From the IMG/VR virus record IMGVR_UViG_3300042268_000308: a stretch of DNA of 64,000 nucleotides; one strand, given 5' to 3'. The DNA is from a virus. The notes beneath the pieces were generated by a model. It saw only the letters and a program-made list of their open reading frames with translations. It had not been told where the DNA came from and ran no database searches. Of this stretch, positions 9,788-19,513 are shown piece by piece (position 1 is the first letter of the stretch; every line of letters starts with the position of its first letter). A program made the translations under genes and the position numbers.

Positions 9788-10623
9788 CGGTCTTCTTTTC
9801 CTTCCATCAGAGCCGCCAGATCATCCAGGTCGATCTCGCTGGCGTCTTCCGGCCGGGACTCCGGCATTTGCGCATCCTCGGGCATCTGCTCGGCGACCAG
9901 CTCGCCCGTTGACTTCACCTTGCCGCCGCGGCCGATCCGATAGCCCATGTCTTCCGGGTCCACGGCCGGCGTCGTGGCTTCGTCGCGGTTTTCGAGGATG
10001 TCGATGCGATCCTGATAGCGCTTGTGGACGACCAGGTTGGCGCCGAGCTCCTCTTCGAGATCGGTGTGCGTCGTCGCCACGATCAGCGTCTTGCCGAAGC
10101 GGCGCGCGGCCTTCTGCATGTTAAAGGCGACCACCTTGGCCGTCGTGCGGTCGAGCACGGCGCCGAACTCGTCGGCCACCCAGACATCGGCGCTTTGCTC
10201 GATCAGCTTGGCCAGGCGTAGTCGGTAGCGCTGACCGTCGGACAGCTCAGAGGGCTTGCGCAGCAGCAGATAGGCGTCGTTCACGCCGGCCATGGACAGC
10301 AGCCCGACAGCCTCATTGGTGCTGGCGCCCACCTGGTCAACCAGGGGCCGGTCTTCGAGCTCCACATCGTCGATACTGACGACCTGGCCCCATTCGGCCT
10401 GCCCTTTCATCTGTCGCGCCAACTCGCGTAGCAGGACCGACTTGCCCGAGCCCGACTGCCCGGTGATGTAGACGACATCGCCGGCCCGCACATCGAGCTG
10501 CACGCCGTCGTAAAGCGTGAACTCCTTCTCCGACAGGCCGATGCCGAACGCTTCGGCCACCTCCAGCACGCGCGGCGTGCGCTCCACGCTGGTCGCGAAC
10601 TTCTTGGTGATCTTAAACGGCAT
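9784..10623 (-). CDS. Soluble ABC-family ATPase
   Basis: Walker A 'GQSGSGKS', signature 'LSDGQ', Walker B 'VWVADEF', H-loop 'ATTH'; no permease nearby. Confidence 0.9.
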   Translation of the reverse strand: MPFKITKKFATSVERTPRVLEVAEAFGIGLSEKEFTLYDGVQLDVRAGDVVYITGQSGSGKSVLLRELARQMKGQAEWGQVVSIDDVELEDRPLVDQVGASTNEAVGLLSMAGVNDAYLLLRKPSELSDGQRYRLRLAKLIEQSADVWVADEFGAVLDRTTAKVVAFNMQKAARRFGKTLIVATTHTDLEEELGANLVVHKRYQDRIDILENRDEATTPAVDPEDMGYRIGRGGKVKSTGELVAEQMPEDAQMPESRPEDASEIDLDDLAALMEGKEDR

Positions 10624-10849
10624 CGTCGGTCTCCTCGGTTGCGGCTTCGCTCTCCTCTTCCTCGTCATCACCGAAGAAGTGCATACAGGCGATCGCCGCG
10701 AAAACCGTGGCCGAAACGCCGGCGGCCGTTGGCCAGAAAAAGCCGCCCAGCCAGTAGGCGAGCAGACCGACAATTGCGCCGGCGGCGGCAGCCACCAGCG
10801 CGGTGAAGGTCATGTTGCCCAGGAACATCGTGAGCTTGAACATGAACAT
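10613..10849 (-). CDS. Small membrane protein (holin candidate)
   Basis: Two hydrophobic helices, acidic tail, next to the endolysin. Confidence 0.5.
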   Translation of the reverse strand: MFMFKLTMFLGNMTFTALVAAAAGAIVGLLAYWLGGFFWPTAAGVSATVFAAIACMHFFGDDEEEESEAATEETDDAV

Positions 10850-11442
10850 CAGGCGCCGACCTCCATGTAGAAGCTCTTAGCGCGCTTCAGCCAGCCGTCC
10901 AGGAAGATGCGCTGGTCGCGATCGCGCTTGACGATCTGCTGGTAGAACTGAATGCGCTCCTGCACGATCTCGTCGTTCAGGTTGACCAGGCCGAACTGCT
11001 GCGTGACCGCTTCCATGCCGCGCCGCGTCTTGGGGCCGTAGACGCCATCCTCGATCAGCGGCTTGGTCACGGCGTAGCGGTTGACGGCGCGCTGAAGCAG
11101 AAGCACCGGGATCACCGGGCCGGAGTTGACGGCGATGTCGAAAAGCTGCGGCTGAAGGATCAGCGGCATCCGGTTGATGCGCGGCCGCCAGTAGAAGTCC
11201 TCCATGTAGAGCTCGATGGCCTTTTCGGGCGTCACCAGGATGATGTCGTCCTTATCGGTGTCGCCGTCGCCGTCGAGATCAAGGCCGATGCCGCGGGCGT
11301 AGCGCAGCGAAATGCCGTAGTTGGTGATGCCGCCGCGGTCGTTCTTGTGATCGACCAGGCCGCCTTCGTGCTGGATGATCTCTTCGGCCATGCTGCGCAC
11401 GCGCGCCAGCATGGCTTCAGAAGTCAGCGGTGATTTATTCAT
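10849..11442 (-). CDS. Endolysin, glycoside hydrolase family 108 with peptidoglycan-binding domain
   Basis: 'HEGGLVDHKNDRGGITNYGIS', 'DGVYGPKT', 'FLDGWLKR'. Confidence 0.9.
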   Translation of the reverse strand: MNKSPLTSEAMLARVRSMAEEIIQHEGGLVDHKNDRGGITNYGISLRYARGIGLDLDGDGDTDKDDIILVTPEKAIELYMEDFYWRPRINRMPLILQPQLFDIAVNSGPVIPVLLLQRAVNRYAVTKPLIEDGVYGPKTRRGMEAVTQQFGLVNLNDEIVQERIQFYQQIVKRDRDQRIFLDGWLKRAKSFYMEVGA

Positions 11443-11452
11443 GTGGACACAC

Positions 11453-11791
11453 TTACCTTTCGATCCAGGAATTGATGTCGCCCTTGAGCATTTCGCAGCC
11501 GGCCAGGCCTTGCAGGACTTTGTTCTTGAGGCCGCTGGTGCTGAGGTGCCCGATCGAGCCGTCCTCGAAGACGATGAAGGCGCCCAGCGCGACGGCGCCG
11601 TTCTTCACGGCGTCATCGAGTCGCAGCTTGACCCAACCAAAGTCTTCGCGGACCTGGGCGAGCTCGTCATCGTGCTCGGCGTCGCTCAGCGGCTCGGGGC
11701 TGGAGACCAGGCGGCGCCCGGTGCGGATGTCGAACACGTTCTCGTGGAGCTCTTGCGGCTGGCGCGGGAACAGCTCGTGCTGGTCGCTCAT
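11453..11791 (-). CDS. Hypothetical protein
   Basis: ORF coupled to the upstream ParB-like gene. Confidence 0.5.
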   Translation of the reverse strand: MSDQHELFPRQPQELHENVFDIRTGRRLVSSPEPLSDAEHDDELAQVREDFGWVKLRLDDAVKNGAVALGAFIVFEDGSIGHLSTSGLKNKVLQGLAGCEMLKGDINSWIER

Positions 11792-12456
11792 GCCGCACGC
11801 TCCTCCAGCCAAGCGATCAGCGCCGCGGCGCCCTCCTTGCCGGTCTCGGCAGTGGCGGTGTCGACCAGGCGGCCCAGCTTGCGCGCCTCGTCGCGCGAGA
11901 CGGCCTTGAAGCCCAGCGCCTTGGCGACCGGCACGGTTTCGCCGTCGAGCTCGCGGGTCTTGTCCTCGTTTTGCCGGCGCTGCTCCTCGACGCCGGTCGG
12001 GATGTCCTCGACGAAAGCGCTTTCGTCGAAGTCGTCCAGGCTGGCGGTCAGGAACTCTAGCTCCTTCTCGTCGTAACCCAGGCCGTCGAGATCGACCTCC
12101 AGCTCATAGAGGCGCTCCAGTTCGGCCTGCACCGCTTCGGTGTCGTAGTCCGTCGAGGCCGTCTGGTTGTCGGAGAGCCGCAGCGCGTCGGCCTCTTCCT
12201 TCGAGAGATCGTTGCGCACGATCACCGGCACCTTCTTCCGGCCCAGCTTCTTGAGCGCCAGGCGCCGGCCGTGGCCGCCGATAATCACACCGTCGCGATC
12301 GACGGTGATGGGGTTGTTGAGCTTGTGCCGGTCGATCGACTTCGCCAGGTCGTCGATCTGGGCGTCCGTGTGGATCTTGGCGTTGTTCTCGTAGGGGATC
12401 AGGCGGTCGATGTCCCACAGCTCAACCGACACCTTCTGGTCACTCATCGGACTCAT
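11788..12456 (-). CDS. ParB/Srx N-terminal domain protein
   Basis: 'LIPYENNAKIH', 'IIGGHGRRLA', 'LRLSDNQ': the ParB type common in phage DNA-modification loci. Confidence 0.9.
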   Translation of the reverse strand: MSPMSDQKVSVELWDIDRLIPYENNAKIHTDAQIDDLAKSIDRHKLNNPITVDRDGVIIGGHGRRLALKKLGRKKVPVIVRNDLSKEEADALRLSDNQTASTDYDTEAVQAELERLYELEVDLDGLGYDEKELEFLTASLDDFDESAFVEDIPTGVEEQRRQNEDKTRELDGETVPVAKALGFKAVSRDEARKLGRLVDTATAETGKEGAAALIAWLEERAA

Positions 12457-12615
12457 CCTTGATTTTCTGGTGAATGCGCTTCAGGCGCGCGATGTCGGGG
12501 TCGTGGCGGAACTCGACTTCCGGCCCCTCGGCGGGCTGGTCGAACATCTTGTCGAGGGTGTCGCCGCCGGTGCGCCCCGCCGAGCAGCGGTCGAAAATGG
12601 GCACGTCGCGAGCCA

Positions 12616-13260
12616 TCAGCCGCTCTCCCCGCCGAGCAGCAGCGCGATCAGCGCGTCGCCGGCGTTGGTGAGCTCGTCGGCCTCGGTGTAGCCGAGGCGC
12701 TTCTTGGTCTTTTCGATGAGATCGGAGACTCGCTCGTCGTCGCCGATGGCGACCTTGAAGCGCATGATGCGGTGGGTCTTGGGAGCCTTGGGCTCCGCCG
12801 GCTCGTCCGCGGGTTCGTCGTCCGCGTCGTCAATGTCGAGATCGTCCAGGTCTACACTAGAAGCAGACATCATCAGATCGAGATCGGACTCGGACCACGG
12901 CATGAACTCGGTGAGGTCGTCTTCGCCCAGCTCCTTGAGCAGCTCCGCCAGCTCGCCGGCGTCGTCGGAGCCGTATCGGGCATTGTCCAGCAGGCCGATT
13001 TCCTTCGCCTTCACGTCGTCGATCTGGCCGACGTTGAAGACTGGAACCTTGATGCCAAGCTCCGCGGCGACTTCGGCGCGATGTTCGCCGCCGAGGATCT
13101 CCAGCTCGCCATCCTCAAGCTCGCGGACGATCACGGGCTTGAACATGCCGACGCGCCCAATCGAAGCCTTGAGCTTCTCCCGGTTCTCGGCCGAGACGGT
13201 GTTGGTGTTCCAGGGGTTCGGCCGCAAGCTCGCGGCGTCAACCTCGGGGAATTGCTGCAT
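12616..13260 (-). CDS. ParB/Srx N-terminal domain protein
   Basis: 'LRPNPWNTN', 'ILGGEHRAE'. Confidence 0.85.
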   Translation of the reverse strand: MQQFPEVDAASLRPNPWNTNTVSAENREKLKASIGRVGMFKPVIVRELEDGELEILGGEHRAEVAAELGIKVPVFNVGQIDDVKAKEIGLLDNARYGSDDAGELAELLKELGEDDLTEFMPWSESDLDLMMSASSVDLDDLDIDDADDEPADEPAEPKAPKTHRIMRFKVAIGDDERVSDLIEKTKKRLGYTEADELTNAGDALIALLLGGESG

Positions 13261-13330
13261 TACTTGCTGTCCCTGTCTGAATATGCGATAACTCACTGCT
13301 GACTTAACATGAAAAGGGTGGAGCTGACAA

Positions 13331-15064
13331 GTGTCCGATAAGAAACTGATCCAAATCGCGGCAAACGCCGTGAAGGCGAAACTGGTCAATGCCGATCGGG
13401 ACGCGAAGCTGATCGTTTCGGAGCTGCTCAGCTACGAGGTCGAGGGCGCCGAGCATATGGACGCCTTCAAGAAGAAGCGATGGGATGGGCGCTCGACCTT
13501 TTTCACCTTCAAGGAGGCCACCTTCCCGGCCGGCTTCGTCAACAGCGTGCAGTCGGCTCTCATCAAACGCGGCTATCAGGTTCAGCTTCTCGTCAAGAAA
13601 GCGCCGGCGCCGCTAGGAAACCGTCACCCGAAGGTCGATGACTTCCCTGTTGATCCGCGCTACGACTATCAGGACAAGTCCGAGGATGTGGTTGTTCGGC
13701 ACAAGCGGGTGATCCTTCAGGTCGCGACCGGCGGCGGGAAGTCGCGCATCGCCAAGAAGGTGGCTGCGCGGATCGGCCGGCAGATGCTTTTTCTGACCAC
13801 GCGCTCGGTGCTGATGTGGCAGATGGAGCGGGCTTACGCGGAAATGGTCAAGGTCAACGACACGCTCGGCCGCAAGATCGGCATCATGGGCGACGGCACC
13901 TTTAAGCCCAACAAGGGCGGGATCAACGTCGGGATGGTGCAGACGATCGCCGCCAAGCTCACGCCGACCACCGTCGATGCCGAAGCCGAAAAGCTGGTCG
14001 AGGCCGAGGCGGCGCGCGAGCAGAAGGAAGTCGATGAGCTTCAGCGCTCTTTGCGTCGCGCCAAAAAGCCGCTCGCCGAGATCAAGACTGAGGTCTATAA
14101 GTTACGTCAGCGCCAGGCGCGCGGGCGCACCAGTGAGGCTCAGATCATCGACAGGGCGCGCGAAAAGGCCGAGCGCCAGATGAAAGCTCGCGCCCAGATG
14201 ATCGATTTTCTTCAAGGCGTCGAGCTTATCATCGCCGAAGAGGCCCATGAGGCCGGCTCAACCTCCTACTACGACATCATGCAGGCCTGCACCAACGCGC
14301 ACTATCGCGTCGCGCTCACGGCCACCCCCTTCATGCGGCCCGACGGTGAAGCCAACATGCGACTGATGGCCTGCACCGGCCCAATCGGTATCCGTATCAG
14401 CGAAAAGTTGTTGATCGATCGCGGCATTCTCGCTAAGCCATTTTTCAAATACGTCACTTGTGACTATCTCGCCCCGCCGAGGGGCCGCAAGCTGCATCGC
14501 ACGACAAAGTGGCAGCAGGCCTACAAGCTGGGGATCGTGGAGAACAGGGCTCGCAATCGCGAAGTGATAAAGGAAGCGCTGCGCGGTTCGAAACTAGGGC
14601 TTCGTGCAATGATCCTCGTGCAACACAAGGCGCACGGAAAGACTTTGCGGGATGCGCTGAGAAAACTGGGAGTGAAAGTTGAGTTTATCTTTGGCGAACA
14701 TGACCAGGACCGGCGTGATTGGGCTATCGATAATCTCAAGAAGGGCGAACTTGATGTTCTCATTGGTTCGACGATTTTGGACGTTGGTGTTGACGTGCCG
14801 GCAGTTGATCTAGTCATCTTGGCTGGCGGAGGTAAGGCTGAGGTCGCTTTGCGTCAGCGCATCGGCCGTGGTCTGCGCGCCAAAAAAGGGAAGGCGAACG
14901 TTTGCTTTGTGGTCGATTTCACCGACCGCTGGAACTCATATCTCGCCGAGCACGCCACTCAGCGCAAACGGATCGTTACGGCCACGCCAGGGTTTGCCGA
15001 GAACATCATTTCCGAAGGTCAGGATTTTGACTTCTCGGTGCTCAAAAGAAACAAGGCCGCTTAG
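13331..15064 (+). CDS. Superfamily 2 helicase
   Basis: 'ATGGGKS', 'EEAHE', 'LTATP', 'DVGVDVP', 'QRIGRGLR'. Confidence 0.9.
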   Translation: MSDKKLIQIAANAVKAKLVNADRDAKLIVSELLSYEVEGAEHMDAFKKKRWDGRSTFFTFKEATFPAGFVNSVQSALIKRGYQVQLLVKKAPAPLGNRHPKVDDFPVDPRYDYQDKSEDVVVRHKRVILQVATGGGKSRIAKKVAARIGRQMLFLTTRSVLMWQMERAYAEMVKVNDTLGRKIGIMGDGTFKPNKGGINVGMVQTIAAKLTPTTVDAEAEKLVEAEAAREQKEVDELQRSLRRAKKPLAEIKTEVYKLRQRQARGRTSEAQIIDRAREKAERQMKARAQMIDFLQGVELIIAEEAHEAGSTSYYDIMQACTNAHYRVALTATPFMRPDGEANMRLMACTGPIGIRISEKLLIDRGILAKPFFKYVTCDYLAPPRGRKLHRTTKWQQAYKLGIVENRARNREVIKEALRGSKLGLRAMILVQHKAHGKTLRDALRKLGVKVEFIFGEHDQDRRDWAIDNLKKGELDVLIGSTILDVGVDVPAVDLVILAGGGKAEVALRQRIGRGLRAKKGKANVCFVVDFTDRWNSYLAEHATQRKRIVTATPGFAENIISEGQDFDFSVLKRNKAA

Positions 15065-15073
15065 GATGAAACC

Positions 15074-15361
15074 ATGAAAATAAGGCGGACAGTAACATTA
15101 TCGGAAAATGCTCATTCCAGACTTAAATCTTATTCAGATCGATTTGGACTGTCGCAATTCGACATCCTATCGACTATATTTGAGAGAGCAGAAGCTATAA
15201 TAAACGAGGATAAACTATCCTCGGAGCTCGAAAGTTCAAAAGAGTCTCGCCCCAAAAGACGTTTGGGCTTTGATGCACTCTCCAAGCAAATAGAGCTTTT
15301 GAGCGACGAAGACAGGGAGCGCCTGTTTAGGCGTCTGAAGGATGGCGATGAAGAGGAATAA
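15074..15361 (+). CDS. Small RHH/CopG-like DNA-binding protein
   Basis: 'RRTVTLSENAHSRLKSYSDRFGLSQFDILS'; lower GC than flanks. Confidence 0.55.
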   Translation: MKIRRTVTLSENAHSRLKSYSDRFGLSQFDILSTIFERAEAIINEDKLSSELESSKESRPKRRLGFDALSKQIELLSDEDRERLFRRLKDGDEEE

Positions 15362-15570
15362 GCAAGTCGGTCTCATGCACTCTTTCACTCACCATGGCGT
15401 TTCCTTGGCGGAGATCGAGAACCTGCGCCGGCGCAACGCCGATCTTGAAGAGGGCCTTCGCAAGAGCATCAGCCTCGCCAAGAAGTTTCAGCACCAGGCG
15501 CGCGGGCATGTTGATGCCGAAATCGAGGAGAGCTTCGAGCCGCTGCTGGAAAACCGCACGGTCCACTAAG

Positions 15571-15595
15571 AGGCGGGCTTGCGAGCCCGTCTTTT
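15571..15595 (+). terminator. Intrinsic terminator
   Basis: GGCGGGCT-TGCG-AGCCCGTC then TTTT. Confidence 0.6.
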
Positions 15596-15645
15596 CTGTG
15601 TCAAGAAGCATAAGTCAGCGCTGAGCTAACCAGGAGATCGAGCAA

Positions 15646-16254
15646 ATGCCCCTGCCCCGTTACATCGCGCTCTGCGGCCGCCCCAAGGCCGGCAAAAGCA
15701 CCGTTCAGAACATCATGGAAGCGCGCTACGGCGTCATTCCTATCGACGACGGCGCCCCGCTGCGCGAGACCTGCGTGGCGATGTTCGGCGTGTCTCTGTC
15801 GGACCTGACGAGCCAGGAGGGCAAGCGGAAGACGACGCTGGTCTGCGGGCATCGCTACACGAACCGGCAGCTTCTCGGCCTTGCCGGCGAGGCGATGGAG
15901 AAGATGTTCGGCGACCAGGTGATCCCCGAGGCCGCAATCGCTCGTGCCGAGCGCATGGTGCCCGGCATCGGCAACCGCCCCGCCTCGTTCTCGTTCGGCA
16001 GCGTGCGCAAGAACCAGGGCCTCACTTACCGCAAGCGCGGCGGCCTGGTCATCGAGATTGCCCGGCCCGGCACAGTGATCGAGAACGACTTCGACCTCTA
16101 CGATGAGGAGCTGGTCACGCACACCATCATCAACGACGGCACCATGCAAGAGCTGGAGCAAAAGGTGGCCGACGTGCTGGACCCTCTGCGTCACGGCGAG
16201 CAGAACGCCGGCTGGGTCAAGCCGTTCATCGACAAGGTGAAAGGAGTGATCTGA
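15646..16254 (+). CDS. Deoxynucleoside monophosphate kinase
   Basis: P-loop 'GRPKAGKST', 'RQLLGLAGE', 'IINDGT'. Confidence 0.8.
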   Translation: MPLPRYIALCGRPKAGKSTVQNIMEARYGVIPIDDGAPLRETCVAMFGVSLSDLTSQEGKRKTTLVCGHRYTNRQLLGLAGEAMEKMFGDQVIPEAAIARAERMVPGIGNRPASFSFGSVRKNQGLTYRKRGGLVIEIARPGTVIENDFDLYDEELVTHTIINDGTMQELEQKVADVLDPLRHGEQNAGWVKPFIDKVKGVI

Positions 16255-16535
16255 TGCTGACGGTGTATCTCGAAGACGGCGGTCCCGGCGCCATCGGAAT
16301 GCTGCGCCGGCCAGGCCCGTTCGTCGGCACGGCGCTGGAGTTCTCAGTCATGGAGCCGCTGCCGCCCATGGCCGCGTTCCATCCTGAAGAGAAGCTTGAG
16401 CCGGTCGCGCTGAAGCGCTTTCGCATCTCACTGCGCGACCGGCCGCTGCCGGGCGGCGGCTCTCACACCGTCGGCGTCGTGGATCTCGACACCGCTCATG
16501 AGCTGTTCGACCTGGATGATTTCGATCCGATCTAG
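16254..16535 (+). CDS. Hypothetical protein
   Basis: Coupled ORF with RBS. Confidence 0.55.
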   Translation: MLTVYLEDGGPGAIGMLRRPGPFVGTALEFSVMEPLPPMAAFHPEEKLEPVALKRFRISLRDRPLPGGGSHTVGVVDLDTAHELFDLDDFDPI

Positions 16536-16838
16536 TGCAGCACGCGGGCGCGACGACCGATCACCTCGTCGCAATGAGCACGCATCGCCATGACCAGCGG
16601 TGCGTGCTTTTCGTTGTCGCCCAGGCGCTCGATGAACGCAGTCATGGCTTTGGCAGACCGCGGCCCCGCCGGCAGCCTGGTCAGGAAGTGCTGCATCACG
16701 GCGCCGACCAGGTGTGGGCGATCCCGACGCACGACATCCAGCAGCCGCGGCGCCTGGTCGAGCGCCACGCTGTTCGGCGACAAGCGAAACAGGGCCGCCA
16801 AGCCCCGATCATCCAGCACGCGCGACATCGCTTTTCTC

Positions 16839-17081
16839 CTAGCTGTGAAGCACCCTGTTCCGCTCGATGACGTCAACCACCGGGCCGGTCGGTGGCGGAC
16901 TCCATTCGAGGATCGCCTTGGCGGCGTTGATGGGGTTGTAACTGTCGGGCGCCTGGTGGCGCAATATGACAAGGCTCATGACGCTGATCTGCGCCAGGAA
17001 CGCGGGGTCGTGCTCCATCAAGGCGCTCACCAGTTCGTAGGCGGCTTCTCTGAGTTCGACGATGGTATTAGATGAAGTCAT
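16839..17081 (-). CDS. Hypothetical protein
   Basis: 80 aa ORF with RBS. Confidence 0.45.
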   Translation of the reverse strand: MTSSNTIVELREAAYELVSALMEHDPAFLAQISVMSLVILRHQAPDSYNPINAAKAILEWSPPPTGPVVDVIERNRVLHS

Positions 17082-17937
17082 GCAAGCCTCGCGTTTGCCG
17101 CCCTGAGTGATGGTCTAGCTTGTGCCGCGCAAAGGTTGGCGCTACATGAAGAAACCGTCTCGCTGCTGGTTTGGTCAAGGTTTTCATGAGGAACACACTC
17201 AGCGCCCATATCTTTTATGTCGCCAAGAGCGGCTCAGAGGTTTTCGCTCACGCCGGCGGCGCCTGGAGTCAGGAGGATCTCGGCGCCGTTCGGTTTGAAG
17301 TCGTCGATCAGAACGTCTGGGAGTCCGAGCGCGGCTTCGGGCACCTGTGAGACTGCGTTCACCTGGCGATCCTGCCGTCGCACTTGTCCTATCTGGGCGA
17401 TGCCGTGCGCTGGCCTGGGCTGCGGCTCAGCATCGACGTGGACGGTCCCGCCGTCACGGGTTGGGCGCTGGAAGCGGCCGGGCCGTCGGGCGATCCTGTC
17501 CGGCTCATGTGCTGCGGCACCATGAGCCCCCTCTGGAACCTCTGACGGCTGTCCAAGGCGCGCACACCTCCCGGCTTCCCACTTCCCAGGCGTGCGGCTG
17601 TCCAAGGATCGGCTGCACAGGCGCCGCGGATCTTCGAGGGTGTGCGCTCCGGGATGAGCGACCGCAGGCTCTCCAAGGATTTGAGATCGTGGGCGTCGGC
17701 TCCCCAAGGAATGCAGTGCCGGGATGGGCGGTTGAGGTGGCATCCCCCTCAATAGCAACAAAACCTCTCTAAGACTTCGCATTATCAAACACTGATATTC
17801 GCTCTAAGCATTTAAGAGCGTCGCTCGCGTGCTCTAGCGTCTCTCAGCTAGTCGCACTTATGAGAAGCGCGCAACGCGCATGTGTGACGCTCTGAGAGCT
17901 TTCTAGCGCTATCGCTCAAGCTATCAAGCGCGCAAAC

Positions 17938-17966
17938 AAAAAGCGACGCTCAAGAGAGCGTCGCTT
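17938..17966 (-). terminator. Intrinsic terminator of the GG/CC-free operon
   Basis: AAGCGACGCTC/GAGCGTCGCTT stem plus T-run; contains no GG or CC. Confidence 0.75.
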
Positions 17967-17973
17967 GTCTGTG

Positions 17974-18303
17974 TTACGCTTCAAGCTTCAAACGTCGCGC
18001 GACGTTGCGCAAGAAAAGCAAGTCGTCTTTAGCTTCAGCGTTGTTAAAATGAAAATCAGTTGTCATTTGCATGACGTAAAATGCTATCGCTTCACTCATG
18101 CTCTTGTGTCGCGTTTCGCTTGTCAATTCGTCTTCTGCTATGTGAGTGAAAAGCGAAACGTCGCTTTCATTGTTGACGATAGTGTAAAGAAAACAAAGCG
18201 TGTCGTCTTGAACGTGTTCAGTCTTGAAGACTACGCTTTTCGCTTCAATGCGCACGTTGAATTGATAAAGCGTTTCTTTAGTGAAGTCTTGAAGCATCGT
18301 CAT
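17974..18303 (-). CDS. Hypothetical early protein, 109 aa, no Gly/Pro/Trp
   Basis: MTMLQDF...LKLEA; purine-rich GAGAGA leader; followed by a terminator. Confidence 0.7.
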   Translation of the reverse strand: MTMLQDFTKETLYQFNVRIEAKSVVFKTEHVQDDTLCFLYTIVNNESDVSLFTHIAEDELTSETRHKSMSEAIAFYVMQMTTDFHFNNAEAKDDLLFLRNVARRLKLEA

Positions 18304-18367
18304 TGTCTTGTCTCTCTTGCTTTTGTGAGTAGAAGAGAGCGCGCGTTGTGCGCGCTCTCTTAGTTGC

Positions 18368-18979
18368 TTAGTCTTCGCGCATGAAGTCAAAAACTTCGTT
18401 TTCAGTGTCAATCGCGTAGACTTTCTTGCGATCGCTCTTTTCTTCGAGAACATGCGCAAGATTGAAGTAGCAAAGCATATTCATCGTGCTAGATGTTTGC
18501 GTGCTAGTTGTGCTCGCTTCATAATGCGCGCGATACTTCTTGTTGAGCTTCGTGACTTTCGCGTCTGTAACTTTCGCGCTTTGCATCGCTTGCACAAACT
18601 GCGTGCTGTAGTGCTTCACATCTGTTTTGCTCAAGTGAAGCGCTTGCTTGATGATTGCTCGCGTATGCTTATCAAGCATATCTTCATCTTGCAGCGTGAT
18701 CGCGTTCAAGAATTTGCGACACTTTTCGATAAGCTTGATATTAGTGCGCGTATCTTTGTTCTCGCTCGTTTTCTTGTTGATGAAGTCGAAATTTTCGATT
18801 TTGAGCGTATCAGCGAGAAAAGACATGATCTTTTCATTGCTTGCGACTTTCTCGAAGCGTTCGAGCGTCGTCTTTTTCTCTTTAGTGAGAGCGTCTTTCG
18901 CTATCTCGTATTCGCGACGATTGTTGACGTTCTTCTTAATGTTTTCGCTAAGCTTTTGAGTGTTCGTCTTGTTCGTCAT
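18368..18979 (-). CDS. Putative DNA-binding early protein, 203 aa, no Gly/Pro/Trp; paralog of 23667-24239
   Basis: MTNKTN...FMRED; 'STTSTQTSSTMNML' matches the paralog's 'STANTQTCSTRAAL'. Confidence 0.8.
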   Translation of the reverse strand: MTNKTNTQKLSENIKKNVNNRREYEIAKDALTKEKKTTLERFEKVASNEKIMSFLADTLKIENFDFINKKTSENKDTRTNIKLIEKCRKFLNAITLQDEDMLDKHTRAIIKQALHLSKTDVKHYSTQFVQAMQSAKVTDAKVTKLNKKYRAHYEASTTSTQTSSTMNMLCYFNLAHVLEEKSDRKKVYAIDTENEVFDFMRED

Positions 18980-19410
18980 GATATGTCTCTCTTGCTTGTG
19001 TGAGTGTGACGCGCGCTCTATTGCGCGCTTGTGTGACGTGCGCGCTTGTCGCGCGTCTTCGTCTTGTGCGTTGCTTGCGTTCACGATTTTTAAGAGCGTG
19101 TCGCGTCGTTGCGACACTTGAAACATAGCTAAGCGCTGACTGGTTTTAAAGCACGGCAAACGCATATCTGTCATGACGTGCGCGCATAGCTCAAGCGCTT
19201 GACGCTCGCGCTTTTGTGTGAAGCGCGTTAATGCGAGCGACTCTTATTTCAGAATTGTCTAATTGAGATTTACGTGATTTGCGAGTGCATTCTATTTAGT
19301 TTCTACGCGCATATGACGTGTATTGCATATGCGCGTCGTCTAATTTAGATCTGCGTGATTTATGAGTGCAAACTAGATAGATTTTACTCGTTAATGACGT
19401 TTAATGCATA

Positions 19411-19513
19411 TGCGAATGCTTCGCATTCGCATTGAGAACGCTTCGCATTCGCATTGAGAATGAGTCGCATTTGCGTTGAGAATGAGTCGCATTTGCGTTG
19501 AGAATGATTCTCA
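19411..19513. repeat. Five palindromic 15-bp Fur-box-like units at exact 22-bp period
   Basis: Units at 19411, 19433, 19455, 19477, 19499; the last is the perfect palindrome TGAGAAT-G-ATTCTCA. Confidence 0.85.

Noticed and set aside
9784..10623. ABC transporter
   Set aside because: No permease or substrate-binding partner; the context is GNAT, ParB and terminase
17965..19003. Plus-strand ORFs inside the island
   Set aside because: Promoter, leaders, terminator and paralogy all support the minus-strand frames
19411..19513. CRISPR array
   Set aside because: 22-bp period with only 7-bp near-identical linkers, no unique spacers and no cas genes
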